Assembly (NCBI GenBank): GCA_963815095.1
Contig: CAWFFH010000003.1
Span: 448,001-512,000, forward strand
Direction of reading: 5' to 3'
Length of the DNA stretch: 64,000 nt
From: Candidatus Bathyarchaeota archaeon
GTDB lineage: Archaea > Thermoproteota > Bathyarchaeia > Bathyarchaeales > Bathycorpusculaceae
Every line of letters starts with the position of its first letter. Position 1 is the stretch's first letter. This document shows, in pieces, positions 50,798 to 60,367 of the stretch. A program made the position numbers and the translations under genes. The notes under the pieces are model-generated. The model saw only the letters and a list, made by a program, of their open reading frames with translations. It had not been told where the DNA came from and searched no databases.

Positions 50798-51115
50798 TTA
50801 TGGCTGTGGAGTAATTTTTATGGCTGCGGCAGGACACTGCATCTCACAGGCTAAGCATTGTATGCAGTCTTTTTCGCGTGCAGGGTCAGATTTGCGTTCA
50901 GATAGTGGGTGTCCAGGCGAATCAGCCCAATCATAGAGAGATACGGGGCAAACGTCGATGCATACGCCGTCTCCGACGCAGCTATCCCAGTCTACCGCGC
51001 TGGTTGTTCCATGGATTCCAAGTTTTTGTGGGGCTTCAACTGGTCCCCAGACTTTGTGACCATTATGTTCACTTACAACTTGTCGTTTGGTTTGAAAATC
51101 AGGGTCTATTGGCAA
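50798..51115 (-). CDS. zinc-containing 7Fe ferredoxin (Zfx type)
   Basis: PIDPDF...EHNGHKVWGPVEAPQKLGIHG N-terminal extension, CVGDGVC and CIQCLAC motifs, KSDP; TTG start. Confidence 0.88.
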   Translation of the reverse strand: MPIDPDFQTKRQVVSEHNGHKVWGPVEAPQKLGIHGTTSAVDWDSCVGDGVCIDVCPVSLYDWADSPGHPLSERKSDPAREKDCIQCLACEMQCPAAAIKITPQP

Positions 51116-51218
51116 AAAATTCACCGTACTAACGTGAGGAAACCGCAAATATTAGGGTTTCTACCTGAATCAATCCGCAAAGCATTTTGGGGTAGCCGCG
51201 TATCATTGTTTGATTTGT

Positions 51219-51998
51219 ATGAGTCAATATTACCTGCCCATTGGCATGAGATATGCGACTTTGGAGGAAAGAAAACAATTCTACGCCCAAGAATTCAACC
51301 TTAGTAAAGTATCCGAATGGTTCACTGGAGGCCTTGGCAACACAAAGTTTGCGGTAATTATAGGCAGACATACAAAAATTTTCCCCGAAAAATACAAAGA
51401 CGACGCTTCAACCACCATAATAGTTGATGATTTTAAGAATCTGGAAGATGTACGCGAGCAAATCCTTGAGTTTTTGCCCGAAGCCGTCTACTACGACCGA
51501 AACAACTACGACAAAAAGGGCAACAAAACTGGACAGGAGCTAGCTTTTGACCTTGACCCCGAAAACATCACTTGCCCCATCCATGGGAGTTTGGCAGATA
51601 AAATGAAGCATCATCAGGGATTGAGCTTTTGCGAAGTTGAACTTGACATGATTAAGAAGGAGGCAATTGGTCTCTTCGATTTTTTGGGGCGCCGTTTTTC
51701 TGATTTGCGGGTTGTTTATTCGGGGAGAGGTTTTCATTTGCACGTTTTAGACCCAGAAGCCTACTTGCTAAGTACTGAAGAGCGATTGACCCTTGCGCGG
51801 CAGGTAAAAGCTTATGGCTTCCATATTGATGAATGGGTGACTTCAGGCGAATTCCGGTTGATACGACTTCCCCACAGCCTAAACGGTTTAGTTTCAAGAA
51901 TCGCGTTACAATTGAAAAAAGATGAAGTAGAAAGTTTTGACCCCGTTCACGATGAGCGGTGTCTGCCAAAGTTTTTGGTTAAAGAAGCTACTTCTTAA
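51219..51998 (+). CDS. archaeo-eukaryotic primase small-subunit-like protein (PriS paralog)
   Basis: ELAFDLD, VVYSGRGFHLHV, RLIRLPHSLN, Zn-knuckle CPIH...C. Confidence 0.8.
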   Translation: MSQYYLPIGMRYATLEERKQFYAQEFNLSKVSEWFTGGLGNTKFAVIIGRHTKIFPEKYKDDASTTIIVDDFKNLEDVREQILEFLPEAVYYDRNNYDKKGNKTGQELAFDLDPENITCPIHGSLADKMKHHQGLSFCEVELDMIKKEAIGLFDFLGRRFSDLRVVYSGRGFHLHVLDPEAYLLSTEERLTLARQVKAYGFHIDEWVTSGEFRLIRLPHSLNGLVSRIALQLKKDEVESFDPVHDERCLPKFLVKEATS

Positions 51999-52080
51999 CT
52001 GCTTTAGCTTTTTTTTCAGCCTTACTATAATATGCTGCTTTTTTCTTTTCTTCTTCCGCGGATTTAGGTTTTTTTGACAA
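51988..52080 (-). CDS. small Lys/Ala-rich protein, 30 aa
   Basis: MSKKPKSAEEEKKKAAYYSKAEKKAKAVKK with GTGAGGT SD. Confidence 0.55.
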   Translation of the reverse strand: MSKKPKSAEEEKKKAAYYSKAEKKAKAVKK

Positions 52081-52207
52081 CAAGATACCTCACATACAAG
52101 TAAACCTGCGGACGCTTAAAAGATTTTTTAGATCAAGCCTTAGCAATTGAAAAGTTTATTTGCCTTCGATTCTTCATTTTCTTGTGCACACTTGAGGTCT
52201 ATTTTTT

Positions 52208-53596
52208 ATGGAGCAGTTTGATGTAATCGTCATCGGGTCGGGTTCAGGAATGCTCATTGTATCTGCAGCTGTTGACCAAGGTTTCAAGGTGGCGTTAGTT
52301 GAAGGAGGAAAGATGGGTGGTACCTGCATAAACGTGGGATGTGTCCCTTCGAAGATGCTTATTTACCCCGCAGACATCCTTGCCACCATCAAAGACACAG
52401 AAAAACTCGGCATCAATACAACAGTCAACTCGATTGACTTCAACAACATCATTACTAGAATGCACAGCCTTGTTAACCATGACTCGGGGCAACAAGCAGC
52501 AGCTGTTGAAGCCACTCCAGAGCTGAAGTGGTTTAAACAAAAAGGTGAATTCATCTCAGACTACACAATGCAAGCAGGCACCCAAATCATTTCAGGGAGA
52601 CTTATTTTCATAGCTTCAGGCGCACAGACAGCAATTCCGAATGTTAAGGGTTTAGAAAACGCAGGGTACCTAACAAGCGACACTGTTCTGGAGTTGCAAA
52701 CGCTGCCCAAAAGCATCATAATTATTGGGGGAGGGTACATAGGCATGGAGTACGGACACTTTTTCTCAGCCCTTGGCACAAAAACCACCATAATCCAGCG
52801 ACCCCTCCGTCTGCTTCCTGAGGAGGAACCAGAAATCTCCGACTTACTAAAAACCGAAATAGAAAAGCGCATGGAAATCAACTTTGGCTATGAAGCTCTC
52901 GAAGTAAGGCAAGAAGGCGACGTAAAAATAATTGCTGCCAAAAACCGCCAAGACGGCAGCATCAAAGAGTTCTCTGCCGAAGCCTTGATGGTTGCCACAG
53001 GTAGAGTTTCAAACGCTCATGCCCTCAAACTTGAAAAGACAGGTGTAAATCTTGACGAGCGTGGCTTCATAAAAGTAGACGATTACCTTGAAACCAGCAA
53101 AAAGAACATTTACGCGTTCGGCGATGCCATAGGCAAACAAATGTTTAAGCATGTAGCCAATTATGAGGCAGGTATAGCTTGGCATAATTCCAACCATGAC
53201 CTCAAGGTTAAGATGAATTTTACAGCAGCGCCGCACGCGGTCTTTACACATCCACAGATTGCTTCGGTGGGTTTAAAGGAAGAGGAAGCTAAGGCAAAAT
53301 ACAAGATTTTGGTTGGAACTGGGTTATACAAGGATACGGCAATGGGTGCAGCGTTAGGGTTCCCGGAAGGCTTTGTGAAAGTCATCGTTGAGCAGGAAAC
53401 AGGCAAAATCCTTGGCGCTCACATTATCGGTCCTGAAGCATCTATTCTTATCCAAGAAATCACAAATGCCATGGTTACAGAAAAAGGCGACTTCGGACCA
53501 ATCGCAAGAGGCATGCACATTCATCCAGCTCTCAATGAAGTAGTTCAGAACGCTTTCGGCAATCTTCACGAACACGACCACGAACATGAACACTAA
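52208..53596 (+). CDS. class I pyridine nucleotide-disulfide oxidoreductase (DLD/mycothione reductase-like)
   Basis: GSGSG, GGTCINVGC, GGGYIG, HIHPALNE, His-rich tail. Confidence 0.85.
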   Translation: MEQFDVIVIGSGSGMLIVSAAVDQGFKVALVEGGKMGGTCINVGCVPSKMLIYPADILATIKDTEKLGINTTVNSIDFNNIITRMHSLVNHDSGQQAAAVEATPELKWFKQKGEFISDYTMQAGTQIISGRLIFIASGAQTAIPNVKGLENAGYLTSDTVLELQTLPKSIIIIGGGYIGMEYGHFFSALGTKTTIIQRPLRLLPEEEPEISDLLKTEIEKRMEINFGYEALEVRQEGDVKIIAAKNRQDGSIKEFSAEALMVATGRVSNAHALKLEKTGVNLDERGFIKVDDYLETSKKNIYAFGDAIGKQMFKHVANYEAGIAWHNSNHDLKVKMNFTAAPHAVFTHPQIASVGLKEEEAKAKYKILVGTGLYKDTAMGAALGFPEGFVKVIVEQETGKILGAHIIGPEASILIQEITNAMVTEKGDFGPIARGMHIHPALNEVVQNAFGNLHEHDHEHEH

Positions 53597-53658
53597 AATT
53601 CAACTAATCTAAACAGTTATATTCGGCTTAAACCCAATTTTATTGGTGAGATTTTAGT

Positions 53659-53943
53659 ATGCAATTCTCCAAAATTTCTGGTAAAAAAAATAACCACAAA
53701 GTTGCCCTCTACGCTTTAAGCACTTGTGTTTGGTGCAAAATGACAAAGCAATACTTAAACGAAAACGGCGTTGAATATGAATTCGTTGATGTTGATTTAC
53801 TTGACGACAACGACAAAAGTAGAGTACACACAACAATCATCAGTAAAGGTGGAGTATTGAGTTACCCCACTATAATTGTTGATGACAAAACTGTAATTAC
53901 TGGTTTCCGTAAGGACCAGCTCAAAGAGGCACTGGGTCTTTGA
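53659..53943 (+). CDS. glutaredoxin-like protein
   Basis: LSTCVWC, SYPTI, ITGF. Confidence 0.88.
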   Translation: MQFSKISGKKNNHKVALYALSTCVWCKMTKQYLNENGVEYEFVDVDLLDDNDKSRVHTTIISKGGVLSYPTIIVDDKTVITGFRKDQLKEALGL

Positions 53944-54500
53944 CCACAATAGAGCAGACTCGCAAAAGAGCCGAAGCAGACGCGAAAACATACGGCTACT
54001 TCCTTACGCCTCAAACTGACCTTCTGCAAATGTTCCTCGAAGGATTAAAGGTAAACGAGGACCGTTACGGTTATCCCTCATGCCCCTGCAGACTAGCCAC
54101 AGGTAACTTTGAAATCGATCGAGACATCATTTGTCCTTGCGACTACCGAGACCCTGATGTCTCAGAATTCGGCGCATGCTACTGTCGACTATACGTTAAC
54201 AAAGCAGTCTATGAAAGCCAAAACCTACCCGATGTCCCTGAACGCCGGCCACTTGAAAAGCAGGGAAGAGCATACGGAATTCCTAGCATTACTCAACAAG
54301 CAACTTCAGAGGCACAAAAAAACCCTACCATACCAGCTACCCCACAACAACAGAAACCAGAAATAAAAAAGAAGTTATGGTACTGTAAGCAATGCGGCTA
54401 TGTGGTTTATCGTGAGGATCCACCGTACGTTTGCCCAATATGCAAAGCTAAAAAGGAATTTTTCGCCGAAATAGAAACAAAAGTGGATTTCAAAGGATAA
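53940..54500 (+). CDS. ferredoxin:disulfide reductase (FTR catalytic domain plus rubredoxin)
   Basis: CPCR, CPC, CYC FTR motifs; C-terminal CKQC...CPIC. Confidence 0.88.
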   Translation: MTTIEQTRKRAEADAKTYGYFLTPQTDLLQMFLEGLKVNEDRYGYPSCPCRLATGNFEIDRDIICPCDYRDPDVSEFGACYCRLYVNKAVYESQNLPDVPERRPLEKQGRAYGIPSITQQATSEAQKNPTIPATPQQQKPEIKKKLWYCKQCGYVVYREDPPYVCPICKAKKEFFAEIETKVDFKG

Positions 54501-54503
54501 AAA

Positions 54504-54653
54504 TTATTTTTGGATTTCTATCTCGATTTTTTTCCAATCCCCTTTTATGCCCTTCAATGAACCGACAGCACCAGTTATAGTTCCATTCATTATTTTTTCA
54601 ACAAACTCGTTTAGAGGAATGTCTTTTCCGTCAACTTTCAGTTTTAAACTCAA
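54504..54653 (-). CDS. small protein resembling the archaeal MobB C-terminal domain, 49 aa
   Basis: MSLKLKVDGKDIPLNEFVEKIMNGTITGAVGSLKGIKGDWKKIEIEIQK with AGGTGA SD. Confidence 0.7.
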   Translation of the reverse strand: MSLKLKVDGKDIPLNEFVEKIMNGTITGAVGSLKGIKGDWKKIEIEIQK

Positions 54654-54899
54654 GCGTTATCACCTGAAGTATTGTTTAAACCTGTGTTGGTGTAAAAAGG
54701 TTTGTGTTGGCCGCGTTTTAGCTGTTGTAAGTTCAATAATTTTTTTCTATTTCCTTTTTGACAGAGTTCAATGAGTGAAGTCTAAAAGTAGAACCTGCTG
54801 CGAAAGTTGAGATTAACAATGGAATTAGGTCCGATAAAAGTTAAGAATTAATAAACGAATAATAAAATTAATCAGTCGTAGACTACAAAAATTGGATAA

Positions 54900-55457
54900 T
54901 TAAGTTCTTGACCCAGCGGGTTTCACTGTAACTCTTAGCTTAGTCAAGTTCTCTTTTATCTCAGCTTTAACGCCCATCGCAGTAAAGTATTCCTCTAGAA
55001 AAATGCGAATGAAATCCTTAGAAACCTCCGAAACCAACACCAGGGTGTAGTCATTTGGAGCGTTCTTGGTTAAGCGATAAAAGTTGCATACCTCAAGCCT
55101 ATATAACATTTCTTCTGGCGAATGAACTTTGGTTTTTAGCTGCTCCCAATGGGCACGGGCCACCTCTTTGTGCTCCTTCCAGAACGTTTCTTTCTCAGGT
55201 GAGGAAGCTATGAGGCGTAGGAACATGAGCCAATGGTCAACGTCTAAGATTATATGTTCGCCTGTTAGAAGCATATCTATGTAAGCGAGGATTTTTTTCT
55301 TTGTGACTGGATCTTCGAGTACTTTGTTTTCGTGATAGAATTTTAATGCGCGGCGCATTATTTCGCTTTGCGAGACTTGGGCGTCGGTGCTTATTTTTTC
55401 AAGCAGGTCGGCTGTGGTTTTGTCAAAGGCTACTGTTATTCTTGTTGGGTTTACCAT
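54900..55457 (-). CDS. CopG/ribbon-helix-helix transcriptional regulator
   Basis: RITVAFD...SQSEIMRRAL N-terminus. Confidence 0.8.
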   Translation of the reverse strand: MVNPTRITVAFDKTTADLLEKISTDAQVSQSEIMRRALKFYHENKVLEDPVTKKKILAYIDMLLTGEHIILDVDHWLMFLRLIASSPEKETFWKEHKEVARAHWEQLKTKVHSPEEMLYRLEVCNFYRLTKNAPNDYTLVLVSEVSKDFIRIFLEEYFTAMGVKAEIKENLTKLRVTVKPAGSRT

Positions 55458-55653
55458 GTTCCCACTTAAGTTTAATTTACACATTTTCAAATAGCGGAAA
55501 TTATATAAACATTATGTATAGAATAATTGTTTTTAGATTTGCATATTTAGTGTACAACAACATATTTTTAAACAATTGTCCAGTATACAAAAGCATCTCC
55601 CAAACAAATTCAAAACTCTTTTATCCATTACTAATCAATAATTATCAGGTGCC

Positions 55654-56328
55654 TTGGAGAATAAAAACTTGAAAACACCAGAAATATTCCTCGAACCTAA
55701 ACAAAGAACAGAAAAAATAATCACATTACTCGAAAAACAATACCCAAACGCTAAAACGGCCCTAAACTACACCAACCCACTGGAAATTCTCATCGCCACC
55801 ATACTCTCAGCACAAACAACTGACGTAACAGTCAACATAGTAACCCAAAAATTATTCAAAAAATACCACAAACCCGAAGACTACGCAAACGCAGACATAA
55901 AAGAACTTGAACAAGACATCCACTCAACCGGATTCTATCACAACAAAGCCAAAAATATCCAAAAATGTTGCCAACTCCTCGTGGAAAAATTCCACTCCCA
56001 AGTTCCCAAGTCAATGGAGGAACTCATAGAGCTTCCGGGTGTTGCCCGGAAAACAGCCAACATCGTCCTCTACAACGCTTACGGCACGACAGCTGGCATC
56101 GCTGTAGATACCCATGTAACAAGGCTCTCGCAAAGACTCGGGCTGACACAACAAAAAGACCAAAATAAGATAGAACACGATTTAATGCAGATTACACCCA
56201 AGGAGAAGTGGATGCCACTAACAGACTTGCTGATTTTTCACGGGAGGCAAGTATGTATGGCAAGAAAACCAAAATGTGAAATATGTGTGCTAAACAAAAT
56301 TTGCCCTTCAGCATTTACTTTCGGCTAG
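55654..56328 (+). CDS. nth: endonuclease III
   Basis: LSAQTTD, LPGVARKTAN HhH, VDTHV, C-x6-C-x2-C-x5-C cluster. Confidence 0.95.
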   Translation: MENKNLKTPEIFLEPKQRTEKIITLLEKQYPNAKTALNYTNPLEILIATILSAQTTDVTVNIVTQKLFKKYHKPEDYANADIKELEQDIHSTGFYHNKAKNIQKCCQLLVEKFHSQVPKSMEELIELPGVARKTANIVLYNAYGTTAGIAVDTHVTRLSQRLGLTQQKDQNKIEHDLMQITPKEKWMPLTDLLIFHGRQVCMARKPKCEICVLNKICPSAFTFG

Positions 56329-56383
56329 GCATTAGCCATTTATACAAGCATTATCTTCTCTTTTTGTAGTGAGGTTTGATTCT

Positions 56384-56863
56384 ATGATAAACCAAATTAA
56401 AGTCGGAGAATATGCACCTGATTTCACGTTGCCCGACGTAGACAAGAAACCCAGAAGTCTAAAGGAATTTTTAGGTAAAAAAGTTGTATTAGCCTTTTTT
56501 GTGGGCGCTTTCACTTCAACATGCACCAAGGAAGTTTGTACTTTCCGCGATTCTATGGCCCGACTTGTAGATTTAAACGCCCAAGTCGTTGGCGTAGCAG
56601 TTACCGACCCTTTCTCAAATAAAGCTTTTTCAGAAAAAAACAGGCTGCCCTTCCCCGTGTTAAGCGACTACAACCGCCAAGTCATCAAACAATGGGGACT
56701 AGAACTGCCAGATTTTGCTGGACTAAAAGGGTACACAGTTGCCAAACGTTCAATCTTTATCCTTGATGAGACAGGTACAGTGCGGTTTGTTTGGATTTCA
56801 GAAGACCCATCGGTTGAACCAAACTATGAGGAAATACAGAAAGTCCTCGAACAAATTCCGTAG
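56384..56863 (+). CDS. peroxiredoxin (BCP/PrxQ-like)
   Basis: [23 protein letters not shown]. Confidence 0.88.
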   Translation: MINQIKVGEYAPDFTLPDVDKKPRSLKEFLGKKVVLAFFVGAFTSTCTKEVCTFRDSMARLVDLNAQVVGVAVTDPFSNKAFSEKNRLPFPVLSDYNRQVIKQWGLELPDFAGLKGYTVAKRSIFILDETGTVRFVWISEDPSVEPNYEEIQKVLEQIP

Positions 56864-57110
56864 AAAGAAGGTTACTTTTTGTAACAAATTGTCTATTCTT
56901 TGACTCCGCTCGGGTTTAGCGTCTTCACAAAAAGGTAACATCTTCTTTAAAGAATATTGAGGTTTAATTGGTGGATGTATTGTGTCCTTTGAAATCCAAG
57001 AGTTACCCGTTGTTATCAGGGTCATTGTTTCATTGAATTTAAGCAAAGGCACTGAAAGTAACGCTTACTGAAACTACAGTTATCGTGGTAATAACAACTT
57101 ACTTTCACTG

Positions 57111-57548
57111 TTACTTAGAGACATTAGCTAGACGCCGGTGCTCAACCATCAAACACCTATCCATAACTACAACCAACCCCATCCGCCTTCCAGCTTCTGC
57201 CGCCTGCTCATTAACTATACCAATCTGCATCCAAACATCAAAAGGCCTGCCGAATTTGGCTTTGAGCTGGATAGCCTGCTCAATGATAGCATCAACATCC
57301 ACAGGTTTTCTGAAAATGTCTATCACATCGATGTTTTTCTGGATTTCCTCGGGAATTTCAAGAAGACTTCTGTAGCTTTTTTCACCCAAAACCTCGTCGA
57401 TAAAGGGGTTAACGGGAATAATTCGGTAGCCATGCTGTTGTAGGTAAACGCTTACTTTATAACTGTCTTTTTGGGGCTCTCTGGATAACCCAACAACTGC
57501 TATGGTTTTGGCTTTTTCCAATATATTTTTTATTTGTTCTTCGCTCAA
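57111..57548 (-). CDS. CoA-binding protein (YccU-like)
   Basis: IAVVGLS, PVNP, DIFR, WMQIG, DRC. Confidence 0.88.
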   Translation of the reverse strand: MSEEQIKNILEKAKTIAVVGLSREPQKDSYKVSVYLQQHGYRIIPVNPFIDEVLGEKSYRSLLEIPEEIQKNIDVIDIFRKPVDVDAIIEQAIQLKAKFGRPFDVWMQIGIVNEQAAEAGRRMGLVVVMDRCLMVEHRRLANVSK

Positions 57549-57769
57549 ACCGAAATTCTCCTGCGAAAATAGTTCTATGGGGTTTCAAGGAGTCTTAACT
57601 CAAAGAAGTTTTCCTTGTCATGACGTGTGAACAAGTTTTATAGTGCTTATGTTGACTACGCTTTTGCTTACTTTTTCTATGATGGCGTAGACAACGTTCT
57701 TATCATAACAAAAAAAGTGTTTCCGCAAAAACCAATTTAACGCCGTTTTTAATAAATCTTAATTGCTGC

Positions 57770-58147
57770 CTATTCTCGGCAAAACAAACATTTTTCTGCC
57801 CATGCTTGGGGCATTTCTTTTTGGCAGTGGCTGCACATTAACCCTTTTTCTCTAATGGTTTGGCAAGTTTGGCAGAATAGTTTGAGGAATTCTGTTTTGT
57901 TTTCGGGTTGTTTTACAATGTGGGTAACCATTTGGTCAATTAACGCTAATATTTCGGGGGTGGTTTCGATGTTTAAGAGGTTGCCTCTTTCGCGTCCGAC
58001 GTACCTGCTGACAGCAGATTGGGATAAGCCAAGGAGGTCTGCGGTTTGTTTTTCGTTTAAGCCGTGTTTTTCCACAATGGATCTTGCCATGACGGCTTTT
58101 ACTGCAGGTAGAACTGTTTTTACGCCCACTTCGCATGGTAGTATCAA
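57770..58147 (-). CDS. HTH transcriptional regulator (COG2522-like) with Cys-rich C-terminus
   Basis: PCE, LGLSQSAVSRY, three CxxC motifs. Confidence 0.8.
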   Translation of the reverse strand: MILPCEVGVKTVLPAVKAVMARSIVEKHGLNEKQTADLLGLSQSAVSRYVGRERGNLLNIETTPEILALIDQMVTHIVKQPENKTEFLKLFCQTCQTIREKGLMCSHCQKEMPQAWAEKCLFCRE

Positions 58148-58192
58148 ATTTCGCACCAATTACTGTTATTTCTAGGGGAAACTTATTTAAAT

Positions 58193-58225
58193 ATGTCGCC
58201 TGTCATAAATTATGACGCGTGTCAA
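58193..58225. promoter_or_regulatory. tandem palindromic operator in a divergent promoter
   Basis: ATGTCGCCTGTCAT and ATGACGCGTGTCAA, overlapping GTCATAA-A-TTATGAC. Confidence 0.55.
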
Positions 58226-58314
58226 GACGGATAGCAGACAAAAAACAGTTCTACACCAACCGCAAACTAAACTCGCCTGTCTTCTCACACGCCAACAAAG
58301 GAGGAAAAAAGCAA

Positions 58315-59259
58315 ATGGATAATGTCCTTCAATCAACCCGAAACAGCGAAAACCGCGACTTATCATCAATGTTAAAAACACTAAACGCTGAATGCAGAAA
58401 TTGCGCACCAACATCACCCTTAGAATGCGTAACTCGCTGTCAAGTCTACAAGCTAAAAAATGAACTAAGAAAATTAAGCGAAACTATGGACAATCCCAAC
58501 TACATAAAAGAGTTATTCAATGTACTAAAAAACGAAACACGACTTCACATCCTAAAATCAATTGTTAACGGCAGGTACTCAGTAAGCCAACTCCAGCAAG
58601 AACTAAAGAAAACTGGGCACTCACATAGCCAAGACACTATAAACGAAGAATACCTTCAACCCTTAATGGCAGTTGGATTAGCAACCGAATCACGAGACGA
58701 ATACTACGCAACCACGTTTGGAGGGCGATTAACGAACTTGATTGGAGCCTTCCCCGAGTTTGCAGAAATGCTACCAGCACACTCCGAGTGCTACGAGGAA
58801 TCACTTCTGCGTGCATTGCTGACAGGCCCTAAAACCTTTGAAGAAATTGAAAGTTTAATTTCGTCAAAGATAGCATCGCGAATCCTCAAACGATTACGCT
58901 CCGTGGGATTAATAGAAACCCCAGAAGAGCGAGACTACATATTCTTCTTTAAATCCAAACGTGACCCAAGCAAAGAAAACTTCACAGAAACCGAACACAA
59001 AGTCTACGAAACACTACCAAACGAAGGAATCTCTGCGGGAAAACTCGCCAAAGAAACAGGACTCTCAATGAGGAGAACCTACAAGTACCTTCGAGGGTTA
59101 AAAGGTAAAAAACTCGTGTTCATCAGAAGAACCCCAAAAGCCTATGGCTTAACCAACAAAGGCGAAATGTTAGCCACGCTACTACAGGATCTCCAGCAAA
59201 TTGTCGACGAAACCTGGACCTCTTCACAACAAGTAATAGGCAGCGCAGATAACGCTTAG
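58315..59259 (+). CDS. multi-winged-helix (ArsR-like) regulator with N-terminal Cys cluster
   Basis: CRNC-x6-C-x3-C, then several wHTH segments; AGGAGG SD. Confidence 0.75.
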   Translation: MDNVLQSTRNSENRDLSSMLKTLNAECRNCAPTSPLECVTRCQVYKLKNELRKLSETMDNPNYIKELFNVLKNETRLHILKSIVNGRYSVSQLQQELKKTGHSHSQDTINEEYLQPLMAVGLATESRDEYYATTFGGRLTNLIGAFPEFAEMLPAHSECYEESLLRALLTGPKTFEEIESLISSKIASRILKRLRSVGLIETPEERDYIFFFKSKRDPSKENFTETEHKVYETLPNEGISAGKLAKETGLSMRRTYKYLRGLKGKKLVFIRRTPKAYGLTNKGEMLATLLQDLQQIVDETWTSSQQVIGSADNA

Positions 59260-59291
59260 CAAGCCCTAAACGCATTTTCTTTTTTTTTGTT

Positions 59292-59780
59292 TTATCCGCC
59301 GCCAGGAGCGCCGTGGAACGGAACGTTTTCCCAGAGCATCTTCCACCAATCAGCCTCTGTTATGGTTTCGCCATGAACAATTATTTCTAAAACCATCTTC
59401 AACATGGCATGGTGACGAACCTCGTCTTCCAATATGGCTTTTAAAAGAAAAACTACCTTTTCGTTTTCTATTTTCGGTATTTTTTCTTGGAGTACTTTGA
59501 TCAGTTTTGATTCAATCTCTATGTGTTTTTTGATAAGTTCTCTTTGTTCATCAAGATTGCCTTGATTTAAGGCAGTAGAAGCCTGAGTCAACAAGGTAAG
59601 GGCTGCAGAATAAAGCTCCGCATGCTTCACTGAATCCAAAGAAACACCCTTCAAGACCCCTTTTACAGCTGGATTCTTCATCCCTACGAGCGCTTTCTCA
59701 AGGGAAGTCACGATTTCATTTTCCACTGTAACCTGGTTCTTCAAAAAATCAAGCAGATCATTATCTTTCTTTTTTTCCAT
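59292..59780 (-). CDS. ferritin-like superfamily protein
   Basis: Duplicated E...DSVKH / E...DEVRH four-helix diiron pattern. Confidence 0.75.
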   Translation of the reverse strand: MEKKKDNDLLDFLKNQVTVENEIVTSLEKALVGMKNPAVKGVLKGVSLDSVKHAELYSAALTLLTQASTALNQGNLDEQRELIKKHIEIESKLIKVLQEKIPKIENEKVVFLLKAILEDEVRHHAMLKMVLEIIVHGETITEADWWKMLWENVPFHGAPGGG

Positions 59781-59804
59781 AAAATTTTCGCCTAATATTT
59801 ATTG

Positions 59805-60248
59805 CTAAGCCTTATTCATCAAGCTTTCGGAAACTCTTTTTCCAAGGTCCTTGCACGCATTGAGGACAGTTGAGTCAGGCAGATACTTTGCAAGTAAAGG
59901 TTGTTCAACCACTTGCATCTCAAACTTGAACTTCATAATCTCCAAGATAAGTTTTGGTGCCTCTCCACTCCAACCGTAAGAACCAAATGCTGCGCCCATT
60001 TTACCCTTCAAACTTATACCTGCCACGGCAGCTTGCTCGAAAAGATTCTTGAATTCAACAGGCATATCATGGTGGTAGGTTGGTGCCCCGACAAGTATAG
60101 CATCATAAGAACTGAGGTTTTCAGCATCCACATGATAGTTTAATTCTACTTCAACGGTACCATTTCTTTGTGCGCCTTCAGCCACGGCGTTTGCCATTCT
60201 TTCCGTGTTCCCAGTTCGGCTATAATATAAAACAAGTACTTTCTTCAT
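59805..60248 (-). CDS. flavodoxin
   Basis: YYSRTGNTERMA, GAPTY, AFGSYGWSG. Confidence 0.9.
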   Translation of the reverse strand: MKKVLVLYYSRTGNTERMANAVAEGAQRNGTVEVELNYHVDAENLSSYDAILVGAPTYHHDMPVEFKNLFEQAAVAGISLKGKMGAAFGSYGWSGEAPKLILEIMKFKFEMQVVEQPLLAKYLPDSTVLNACKDLGKRVSESLMNKA

Positions 60249-60367
60249 AATCAAAATAAAAGCTAACAAGTTATTTCAATATTTTGAATATTTGATTCGG
60301 ATGAAGTTACAAATGAAGAGTGAAATTATCGTGTTTTATCGTACCGACGGGTTTTTGGACTTTGGCC

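Noticed and set aside
56798-57052. 84 aa minus-strand ORF
   Set aside because: Overlaps the peroxiredoxin 3' end, with no recognisable motif or SD
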